Shown: piece by piece, positions 9,846-16,393 of the stretch
Layout of the letters: every line of letters begins with the position of its first letter
How positions within the stretch are numbered: the stretch's first letter is position 1
DNA from: Gemmatimonadales bacterium
GTDB lineage: Bacteria; Gemmatimonadota; Gemmatimonadetes; Gemmatimonadales; GWC2-71-9
Reading direction: 5' to 3'
Assembly: GCA_044869265.1 (NCBI GenBank)
Contig: JBIOXD010000048.1
Span: 16,002-80,001 of the forward strand
DNA: 64,000 bases
Notes under the pieces: generated by a model
The model's database searches: none
What the model was told of the DNA's origin: nothing
What the model saw: only the letters and a program-made list of their open reading frames with translations
Position numbers and translations under genes: made by a program

Positions 9846-10337
9846 CTAGCGGCCGATCCGCCGCAGTACATACACCGTCTCACGACCGTTGGCAGTGGCC
9901 GGATGCAGCGTCGCGGTCCACTCGTCGTTCGAGACGCGGCTGAAGGTGAACCCGCCGGTCGACGCGCCTGCCTGCCGGAAGCGCACTTGAGTCGCCGTCA
10001 CCGCGATGGCCGGAGTAGCCGTCCGGTCGCCGCGGCTGACGACGGTTCCATTTCGCAGCTCGATGCGCGACGAGTCGGTGACAGTGCGAAGCGTCGAGTC
10101 GGAGAAGGCCCGCATCAGCATCGTGGAGTCGTCCACGACGCGGTACTCCTCGAAGAAGGCGGGGTACGCTCCCCCGCTCCCGCGCCAGGTGCCGGCGAGC
10201 CACTGCAATTGCTGGAACTGCGCGACGGTCACGGTTGGGGGAGGTTGTTGTTCCCGCGAGCAACCAGGGAGGCCCAACAGCATCGCGAGTAGCGCGACCC
10301 TCACGGGCGACGATGCCGACGCGGACGCAAATAGCAT
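9846..10337 (-). CDS. Hypothetical lipoprotein
   Basis: 163 aa. Lipobox LLAMLLGLPGC. Plausible composition (W, F, Y, N present). No family recognised. Confidence 0.55.
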   Translation of the reverse strand: MLFASASASSPVRVALLAMLLGLPGCSREQQPPPTVTVAQFQQLQWLAGTWRGSGGAYPAFFEEYRVVDDSTMLMRAFSDSTLRTVTDSSRIELRNGTVVSRGDRTATPAIAVTATQVRFRQAGASTGGFTFSRVSNDEWTATLHPATANGRETVYVLRRIGR

Positions 10338-10365
10338 GATGGCCTCCGTTGTTCTCGCTCCCGTC

Positions 10366-11301
10366 TTAGCGATCCAGCGTTTGGACCCAATACCACGCGG
10401 CGAGCGCCGCGCCGACGAGGAGGAGCAAGAAAAAACTGCGGAGCGGTTTCGCCACGAACAGCCATACGTACTTCCAGGGCCAGCTCTGACGCCGGACCTC
10501 GACCCAGGCGCGGAATGTCGGGGTGATGGTGGCCTGAGCCTTGGCCAGATCGTGGGCTCGTTCGTCCCGTAGCTCTTGCGCCGCCTCCTCGCCGAGACGT
10601 GTCGCCTCCCCCAACATGCTGTTCTGCAAGCGCAGTTGCTCCTGCTGATCGCGCCGATACGCGGTGATTATGCTCTCACATTCCGCGACGAGGGCTTCAA
10701 AGTCGTTGGTGCTCACCACCCTCCCTGCGGGTTCCCCTGCATGGTCCCGTCGAATCACGCAGAACAGCTTCTCCTGGCGCGGATCGTAAGCTCTCAGGCT
10801 CGTATTCAGAAACATGCCCAGCGGGTCGGCGACGTATGGGGAAAAGGCCGTTGTGATGCGACTGCGGAGGTCCAGACGCAACAGGTCGGCAGCAAGGACG
10901 CGAGGCTGCCTCGTCGGGTCCTCTGGAGGCCAATCACTGCCCGCGCAGCCCTGGATAAGCGGTCGCAACTGCCCCGCAAAGTCTCGAAAGTCACGCTCAA
11001 ACGCTTCGAGCTCTTTGAGCCGATGCGCGGTAGTCGCAATCTGCACTCGCAGATTCGCAGCATCGAAGCGCTGCTGCATCGCGCGTAAGGCAGCTTCCGA
11101 TCCCCGCTCTGCTCGCAGCTCTTGCACGCTCTCAACCTTCACGGAGTTGAACGGAGCGTCAACGGTACCGCGACGAGAGATCAGGCGATAGTAGTGCCCG
11201 AGGAGAGAGTCGAACTCTTCAGGGGGTTGTCCCCAGGCTGGCCAACCGTTCAAGCACGCATTACTTCCGTCTTGGTTGGGTGGTCCAGTCCATTTCGACA
11301 C
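10366..11301 (-). CDS. Hypothetical protein with C-terminal membrane anchor; 5' end uncertain
   Basis: 311 aa. Coiled-coil-like Glu/Arg/Leu-rich body and C-terminal TM (FFLLLLVGAALAAWYWV). The first ~36 codons lie on the tRNA-derived repeat at 11195-11268, so the annotated N-terminus may be fortuitous. Confidence 0.5.
   Translation of the reverse strand: MSKWTGPPNQDGSNACLNGWPAWGQPPEEFDSLLGHYYRLISRRGTVDAPFNSVKVESVQELRAERGSEAALRAMQQRFDAANLRVQIATTAHRLKELEAFERDFRDFAGQLRPLIQGCAGSDWPPEDPTRQPRVLAADLLRLDLRSRITTAFSPYVADPLGMFLNTSLRAYDPRQEKLFCVIRRDHAGEPAGRVVSTNDFEALVAECESIITAYRRDQQEQLRLQNSMLGEATRLGEEAAQELRDERAHDLAKAQATITPTFRAWVEVRRQSWPWKYVWLFVAKPLRSFFLLLLVGAALAAWYWVQTLDR
11195..11268 (-). repeat. tRNA-Leu 3'-end fragment copy 1 (att-like) plus shared flank
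   Basis: TGCCCGAGGAGAGAGTCGAACTCTTCAGGGGGTTGTCCCC matches the T-arm/acceptor 3' part of the tRNA at 13214. AGGCTGGCCAACCGTTCAAGCACGCATTACTTCC follows. It lacks the 5' acceptor half. Confidence 0.85.
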
Positions 11302-11355
11302 CTAAGGAAGCTGACTCTGGCGTGGTAACCACAGTTGGTTCACCAGGAGGCACCG

Positions 11356-11874
11356 ATGCGCAGGATCATGGCGGTGGCAACGATCGTCGCGACTTTCGCG
11401 CTGGCGGGCGCGAGCGATCTGTTCGCGCAGCGTCGTGGATTCATCTTCGGATTTGGCATCGGCCCGGGCGTGACGAGTTATTCCGACCCCTTTGGGTCAG
11501 GGTCAGGCTGGGGTCTCGCGACCGATCTCAAAATCGGCGCTCAGGTTAGCAAGTCGGTGCAGGTCTATTACCTGGGCCGGACGAACTGGATCAACGCATA
11601 CTCGAACCTCGTCGCGGCGGGCATTTCGGCGCTTGGCGTCGCCTACGTCCTTCCAACCGCCCCGGTCCACATCAGTGGCGGACTGGGTCTCGCCACGTTC
11701 CTGACGGTGTGTTGCGAGAGCTCCGGCTACGAGGGGGCGGGGTTCGGCGTGACCGGCGGCGTTGGCTGGGAGTTCGCTGATCCCTGGCTCCTCGACTTCG
11801 CGCTCACATACGGCGCGCCCGGCGACATCCACGTGCTCACGGCGAGGGCGGGGCTCAGCATCCTGAGTCACTAG
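11356..11874 (+). CDS. Small secreted Gly-rich beta-barrel-like protein, paralog 1
   Basis: AGGAGG lies 7 nt upstream of ATG 11356. Signal MRRIMAVATIVATFALAGASDLFAQ. Alternating Gly/aromatic segments (GFIFGFGIGPG, GVTGGVGWEF, LDFALTYG). 172 aa. Confidence 0.75.
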   Translation: MRRIMAVATIVATFALAGASDLFAQRRGFIFGFGIGPGVTSYSDPFGSGSGWGLATDLKIGAQVSKSVQVYYLGRTNWINAYSNLVAAGISALGVAYVLPTAPVHISGGLGLATFLTVCCESSGYEGAGFGVTGGVGWEFADPWLLDFALTYGAPGDIHVLTARAGLSILSH

Positions 11875-11886
11875 CGCGGGTCGTGA

Positions 11887-11957
11887 TGCCCGAGGAGAGA
11901 GTCGAACTCTCATGGGGTGCCCCCAGGCTAGCCGACGGTTCAAGCACGCATTACTTG
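11887..11957 (-). repeat. tRNA-Leu 3'-end fragment copy 2 plus shared flank
   Basis: GCGCGGGTCGTGA-TGCCCGAGGAGAGAGTCGAACTCTCATGGGGTGCCCCC-AGGCTAGCCGACGGTTCAAGCACGCATTACTTGC. The left flank is identical in style to the flank of the real tRNA. Confidence 0.85.
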
Positions 11958-12043
11958 CAATGGATGCTTGGTAAAGTCCATTGCGACACTTAGGGAGGCT
12001 GACTCTCTCTTCGTAACCACAGGTGGTTCATCAGGAGGCACCG

Positions 12044-12562
12044 ATGCGCAAGATCATGGCGGTGGCAACGATCGTCGCCACTCTCGCGCTGGCGAGCGCG
12101 AGCGACCTGTTCGCGCAGCGCAGGGGATTCATCATCGGATTTGGCATCGGCCCGGGCGTGACGAGTGCGACCCGAGGAGGGAGTGAATGGTCAGAATGGG
12201 GTGTCGCGACCGATCTCAAGATCGGAGCTCAGGTTAGCAAGTCGGTGCAGATCTATTACCTGGGCCGGACGAACTGGGTCACGCCAACAGATCTCGTCGC
12301 CGCGGGCATTTCGGCGCTCGGCGTCACCTACGTCCTTCCAACCGCCCCGGTACACATCGGTGGCGGGTTAGGTCTCGCCACGTTCGTGCCGGTCTGTGTG
12401 TCAGATTGCTCCGAAACCGAGGCGGAAGGGTTCGGGCTGACAGGCGGCGTTGGCTGGGAGTTCGCTGATCTCTGGCTCCTCGACATGGCGGTCACCTACG
12501 GCAGGCCCGGCGGCCTCGATGTGTGGAGCGCGAGGGCGGGGCTCAGCATCCTGAGTCACTAA
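12044..12562 (+). CDS. Small secreted Gly-rich beta-barrel-like protein, paralog 2
   Basis: Same leader (AGGAGGCACCG-ATG), signal MRKIMAVATIVATLALASASDLFAQ and same framework as paralog 1. 172 aa. Confidence 0.75.
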   Translation: MRKIMAVATIVATLALASASDLFAQRRGFIIGFGIGPGVTSATRGGSEWSEWGVATDLKIGAQVSKSVQIYYLGRTNWVTPTDLVAAGISALGVTYVLPTAPVHIGGGLGLATFVPVCVSDCSETEAEGFGLTGGVGWEFADLWLLDMAVTYGRPGGLDVWSARAGLSILSH

Positions 12563-12574
12563 CGCGGGTCGTGA

Positions 12575-12648
12575 TGCCCGAGGAGAGAGTCGAACTCTCA
12601 CGGGGTTGCCCCCAGGCTAGCCAGCCGTTCCAGCACGCATTACTTCCG
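12575..12648 (-). repeat. tRNA-Leu 3'-end fragment copy 3 plus shared flank
   Basis: ACGCGGGTCGTGA-TGCCCGAGGAGAGAGTCGAACTCTCACGGGGTTGCCCCC-AGGCTAGCCAGCCGTTCCAGCACGCATTACTTCC. The leader is ~45 nt shorter than in the other cassettes. Confidence 0.85.
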
Positions 12649-12688
12649 TATTGGATGCTTGACCTAGTTGGTTCACTAGGAGGCACCG

Positions 12689-13201
12689 ATGCGCAGGATC
12701 ATGGCGGTGGCAACGATCGTCGCGACTTTCGCGCTGGCGGGCGCGAGCGATCTGTTCGCGCAGCGTCGTGGATTCATCTTCGGATTCGGCGGCGGCTCGG
12801 GCGTGACGAGTTTTTCCTACCCCGCGTGGTCAGGGTCAGGCTGGGGTATCGCGACCGATCTCAAAATCGGCGCTCAGGTTAGCAAGTCGGTGCAGGTCTA
12901 TTACCTGGGTCGGACGAACTGGGTCCTACCAGACGCTGACGTCGAATTCACCGCCGCGGGCATCTCGGCGCTCGGCGTCACCTACGTCCTTCCAGCCGCC
13001 CCAGTACACGTCAGTGGCGGGTTGGGTCTCGCCTCGTGGCTGTGTTCTGAGTGCGGGTCGGACGTAGGGTTCGGCCTGACAGGCGGCGTTGGCTGGGAGT
13101 TCGCTGATTTCTGGCTCCTCGACTTCGCGCTCACATACGGCGCGCCCGGCGACATCCACGTGTTCACGGCAAGGGCGGGGATCAGCATCCTGAGCCACTA
13201 G
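12689..13201 (+). CDS. Small secreted Gly-rich beta-barrel-like protein, paralog 3
   Basis: Signal MRRIMAVATIVATFALAGASDLFAQ, same framework. 170 aa. Ends 12 nt before the tRNA-Leu 3' end (convergent). Confidence 0.75.
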   Translation: MRRIMAVATIVATFALAGASDLFAQRRGFIFGFGGGSGVTSFSYPAWSGSGWGIATDLKIGAQVSKSVQVYYLGRTNWVLPDADVEFTAAGISALGVTYVLPAAPVHVSGGLGLASWLCSECGSDVGFGLTGGVGWEFADFWLLDFALTYGAPGDIHVFTARAGISILSH

Positions 13202-13213
13202 CGCGGGTCGTAA

Positions 13214-13296
13214 TGCCCGAGGAGAGAGTCGAACTCTCATGGGGTTGCCCCCGACGGATTTTGAGTCCGTTGCGTCTGCCATTCCGCCACTCGGGC
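13214..13296 (-). tRNA. tRNA-Leu (anticodon CAA), type II with long variable arm
   Basis: The reverse complement reads GCCCGAGTGGCGGAATGGCAGACGCAACGGACTCAAAATCCGTCGGGGGCAACCCCATGAGAGTTCGACTCTCTCCTCGGGCA. Acceptor GCCCGAG/CTCGGGC, anticodon stem ACGGA/TCCGT with loop CTCAAAA, T-arm GAGAG-TTCGACT-CTCTC. CCA is not encoded. A TATATT-like box lies ~10 nt upstream. Confidence 0.9.
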
Positions 13297-13325
13297 TAGG
13301 CGCGGAAATATAACGGTGATGTGCA

Positions 13326-13353
13326 GAAGGGGCGCAGCATGCTGCGCCCCTTC
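13326..13353. terminator. Perfect 28-nt palindromic hairpin (intrinsic terminator candidate)
   Basis: GAAGGGGCGCAGCA|TGCTGCGCCCCTTC followed by CCTCTTTTGG on the plus strand. It lies between the tRNA-Leu/cassette array and the stop of the CpxP-like gene (13400). Confidence 0.7.
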
Positions 13354-13399
13354 CCTCTTTTGGTGTCCCTCGAACTTCTCGCGGTCCCAACGCGGGTCG

Positions 13400-13921
13400 C
13401 TAGATCCCCCTGCGTCGTCCTCCGGGCCGAGGCCCGCGGTCCAGTCCGTAGCCGCCACGGTCACGCCCCCGTTGCATGCGCATCTCGGTGACGCGAGTCA
13501 TGAACCGTTCGCGCATCTGGTGGTAGCGGGCACGCTGCACCGGCGTGAGATACTTCGACATTTCCTCGTCCTGATCCTGCTCCAGTTTGAGCAGCTCGGC
13601 GCGGCCATCGCGAATACCGTCCATGAGCTTGTTCACGCTGTCGGAGTTGGCCGCAACGCCCGGCTCCATCTGATCCTCCAACGCGCGCCGACGATTCCAC
13701 TGGTCGATCATGATGGATCGGCGGCGTGTGCTGAATTTCTCCTGACTGGCCCGAAGCTTCGTGGCCTGCTCCGTCGTCAAATCGAGCTCCTGCTGTACAT
13801 AACTGGTAAACCGCCGCTCGATCTCTTGACGGAGACGGCCGACTTCCTGCGTGTCGCGCTGCTGGGCGTGCACACCCGGAACGAGCGTGACGGCCATCGC
13901 GAGTAACCATAGACGTTTCAT
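13400..13921 (-). CDS. Periplasmic Spy/CpxP-family (LTxxQ) protein
   Basis: 173 aa. Signal MKRLWLLAMAVTLVPGVHAQ. Two LTxxQ-type motifs (LTTEQATKL, LTPVQRARY) and a helical charged body. Confidence 0.7.
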   Translation of the reverse strand: MKRLWLLAMAVTLVPGVHAQQRDTQEVGRLRQEIERRFTSYVQQELDLTTEQATKLRASQEKFSTRRRSIMIDQWNRRRALEDQMEPGVAANSDSVNKLMDGIRDGRAELLKLEQDQDEEMSKYLTPVQRARYHQMRERFMTRVTEMRMQRGRDRGGYGLDRGPRPGGRRRGI

Positions 13922-13923
13922 CG

Positions 13924-14346
13924 CTACCCCTCCAATGAGCGCAGCACAGCCCGCAGCTGCTGCGCGTCGAGTTCGCGCAAATCGGTACTGTCCAACATGA
14001 GACTGGCACTGCCGACGATCTCATCGAACTGATCGAGCACATCTTTCAATTCATCGGCGCTGAGATCACCCAAATCGTCGGCGACGAGATGACTGTGCTG
14101 CGCGGTGCCGGAGCCCACTGGCACGATGCGCCGCACTGCGATCCCGCCGCCGATGAGCAGGACGATCGCGGCCGCGATCCTCAGCCAGTGCACCTCGATC
14201 CATGTTCGGCGCGATGCGGGCTGCTCGCGCAGGCCCGCAAGCACCTTGCGCGTGGTGGCCTCGACATCGAGCCGCTCGGCCGCCGATGTGCCAAGCCGCT
14301 TGGCCAGGCCTTCGAGTCTAGCGTCGCCGTTTTTAGCGTCGTTCAC
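13924..14346 (-). CDS. Putative anti-sigma factor (single-pass membrane protein)
   Basis: 140 aa. One TM (WLRIAAAIVLLIGGGIAV). 4-nt overlap with the upstream ECF sigma gene. The call rests on position only. Confidence 0.5.
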   Translation of the reverse strand: MNDAKNGDARLEGLAKRLGTSAAERLDVEATTRKVLAGLREQPASRRTWIEVHWLRIAAAIVLLIGGGIAVRRIVPVGSGTAQHSHLVADDLGDLSADELKDVLDQFDEIVGSASLMLDSTDLRELDAQQLRAVLRSLEG

Positions 14347-14891
14347 GTTAAGATCTCCTTTAATCGCCGCACCGCGTGATGGTAATGCACGCGCGCCGCT
14401 CCTGGAGTCGTCGCCAACGCGGCAGCGATCTCCTCGTATTCGAGACCCTGCTGTGCGCGAAGGAGAAATACCTCGCGCTGCAGCCTCGGCAGCGTTTTCA
14501 CGCCGGCAGCGAGCCTCGCCTCGGCTTCACTCGCAACCGCCCGCTCGTGCGGATCGCCGCTGGCGTCGCGGGCGCTTTCGTCGAGCGGCATCCATTTGCG
14601 GCGACCTGCTCGACGCCCGTAGTCCTTCAACACGTTGCCGCCGATCGTGAGGAGCCAGGTGCGGAATTGACACTGCCCGCGAAACCGATCCACAGCGCGA
14701 AACGCGCGAATGAATGTTTCCTGCACCAGGTCGTCGACCTCGGCATCGGGCGCACCCGCTCCCGACAGGTAGCGGGCGAGCGGCCGGGCGTGACGCCCGA
14801 CGAGCTCGGCCGCTGCCCGCTCATCCCCGCTCTGCCACGCGGCAATGAGCGCGGCGTCGCTGGGTGCGGTAATCAGGTGCGGTTGGGCCAT
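14343..14891 (-). CDS. ECF-type RNA polymerase sigma-70 family factor
   Basis: 182 aa. Region 2 DDLVQETFIRAFRAVDRFRGQCQFRTWLLTIGGNVLKDY. Region 4 LPRLQREVFLLRAQQGLEYEEIAAALATTPGAARVHYHHAVRRLK. Confidence 0.9.
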   Translation of the reverse strand: MAQPHLITAPSDAALIAAWQSGDERAAAELVGRHARPLARYLSGAGAPDAEVDDLVQETFIRAFRAVDRFRGQCQFRTWLLTIGGNVLKDYGRRAGRRKWMPLDESARDASGDPHERAVASEAEARLAAGVKTLPRLQREVFLLRAQQGLEYEEIAAALATTPGAARVHYHHAVRRLKEILT

Positions 14892-14985
14892 CGGGCTCCG
14901 AAGGTGGACGTGACGGAAGCTCCAATATTAAGGCGGGCGAAGGCGGACGCCCTTGCCCACCTTCGACTGCCCCGGTAGCTTCGAG

Positions 14986-15003
14986 TTCGAACAAACGTTC
15001 GAA
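14986..15003. promoter_or_regulatory. Candidate TetR operator: TTCGAAC-AAAC-GTTCGAA
   Basis: Perfect 7-nt inverted repeat with a 4-nt spacer, ending 5 nt before the tetR ATG (15008), in the divergent sigma/tetR intergenic region. Confidence 0.4.
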
Positions 15004-15007
15004 TCTC

Positions 15008-15580
15008 ATGCGACCACCGTACGACGAGCGTCTCGACCACCTCCTTGCCCGCGCGGCCCGGGTCTTTGCGGACAAGGGCTACCACCCCACCACCATGCGT
15101 GATTTGTCCGCCGCCAGCGGGATGTCGCTGGCGGGGATGTACTACTACGTCCGCGGCAAAGAGGACCTGCTCGCTCTCATCCAGGAGCGCTGTTTTACGC
15201 ACGTGCTCGAGGGCGCGCGGCAGGCCGTCGCGAAGGCAGCGGACCCCCAGCAGCGGCTTCAGGCCTTCATCAAGCATCACGTCGCGTTTTTCGCCCAGCA
15301 CATGGCGGAGATGAAGGTCCTGTCGCACGAGGCGTCGCCCAAGAGCGTCGGTGCCATCAAGCGGCGATACGTCGATCTGTTGGAGTCCATCCTGAAAGCC
15401 GCTGCGCCGGAGCAGGACGCGGTCGATCGCAGCGCGGCGACCTACATCCTGTTTGGCATGATGAACTGGATCTACAACTGGTACGACCCGGCCGGCGAAA
15501 TCGATCCGGACCGGCTGGCCGATCTCATGGCGAGCATCTTCCTCGGCGGCTTCGTCGAGACTCATTCGGAGGCTAAGTAA
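15008..15580 (+). CDS. TetR/AcrR family transcriptional regulator
   Basis: 190 aa. N-terminal HTH FADKGYHPTTMRDLSAASGMSLAGMYYYVRGKEDLL. Confidence 0.9.
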   Translation: MRPPYDERLDHLLARAARVFADKGYHPTTMRDLSAASGMSLAGMYYYVRGKEDLLALIQERCFTHVLEGARQAVAKAADPQQRLQAFIKHHVAFFAQHMAEMKVLSHEASPKSVGAIKRRYVDLLESILKAAAPEQDAVDRSAATYILFGMMNWIYNWYDPAGEIDPDRLADLMASIFLGGFVETHSEAK

Positions 15581-15583
15581 TCC

Positions 15584-16393
15584 ATGGCGACTATGACTGA
15601 ACCGCAGGTCAAGACACTGGTGCAGTATCGCACCGAGGACGGGCTCGCGATTCTCGAGCTCGACGATCCCCCGGCGAACACATACACCTACGAGATGATG
15701 CGGCAGCTCGATGACGCGATTCTGAAGGCGCGCTTCGACGACAGTGTTCACGTCATCCTGATCCGCGGCAAGGGCGAGAAGTTCTTCTCGGCGGGCGCCA
15801 ATATCGCGATGCTCAACAAGGTGACGCCGCGCTTCAAGTACTTCTTCTGCCTCCATGCGAACGAAACGTTGAGCCGCCTGGAGCAGACGCCCAAGCTCAC
15901 CATCGCGGCGCTCAACGGGCACACGGTGGGCGGCGGGCTCGAGATCGCGATGGCCTGTGACCTCCGGCTCGCCAAGGAGAATGCCGGTAAGATCGGCTTG
16001 CCCGAAGTGAATCTGGGCGTGCTGCCGGGCACAGGCGGAACGCAGCGGCTGGCGCGCCTGGTAGGCAAGTCGCTCGCGATCGAGATGATGGTGAAGGGCG
16101 AGACGTTCTCCTTCGACCGCGCCAAGGAGCTCGGGATGGTCAACGAGATCTTCGCGCCCGACAGCTTCTGGGATCAGGTGCTGCTGTACGCGCGGCAGTT
16201 CTGCCCGCCGAACAAGGCGTCCAAGGCGGTGGGCCTCATCAAGCGCTCGGTGCAGTCGGGGACCGAAGTGCCGTTCGAGTACGGCCTGGCGATCGAGCGC
16301 GAGATGCAGCAGCAGCTGTTTCAGAGCGAGGATGCCAAGGAAGGCATCGCGGCCTACAACGAGAAGCGGGTGGCGGAGTTCAAAGGGAAGTGA
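15584..16393 (+). CDS. Enoyl-CoA hydratase/isomerase (crotonase) family protein
   Basis: 269 aa. VILIRGKGEKFFSAGANI, ALNGHTVGGGLEIAMACDLR, GLPEVNLGVLPGTGGTQRL. Confidence 0.9.
   Translation: MATMTEPQVKTLVQYRTEDGLAILELDDPPANTYTYEMMRQLDDAILKARFDDSVHVILIRGKGEKFFSAGANIAMLNKVTPRFKYFFCLHANETLSRLEQTPKLTIAALNGHTVGGGLEIAMACDLRLAKENAGKIGLPEVNLGVLPGTGGTQRLARLVGKSLAIEMMVKGETFSFDRAKELGMVNEIFAPDSFWDQVLLYARQFCPPNKASKAVGLIKRSVQSGTEVPFEYGLAIEREMQQQLFQSEDAKEGIAAYNEKRVAEFKGK

Larger units (their letters stand above)
11195..13296 (-). mobile_element. Integrase-less mini-island at tRNA-Leu(CAA), amplified into three tandem cassettes
   Basis: An intact tRNA at 13214-13296 plus three direct copies of its 3' ~45 nt at 11195, 11887 and 12575. 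Each copy is followed by the same flank, leader and paralogous gene. No recombinase gene is present. Confidence 0.55.

Noticed and set aside
11195-12648. Whether the three tRNA-like fragments are extra tRNA genes or pseudo-tRNAs.
   Set aside because: Only the T-arm, the 3' acceptor strand and part of the variable arm are present. The sequence upstream (GCAAGTAATGCGTGCTTGAACC...) cannot pair with the 3' acceptor strand and has no D-arm or anticodon stem. They are att-like repeats, not genes.
12523-12882. 119-aa ORF and its relatives (11280..11549, 11968..12186) spanning the cassette leaders.
   Set aside because: They are alternative-frame readings of the repeated leader and the start of the paralog genes. 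The in-frame ATG preceded by AGGAGG and followed by a signal peptide identifies the real frame.
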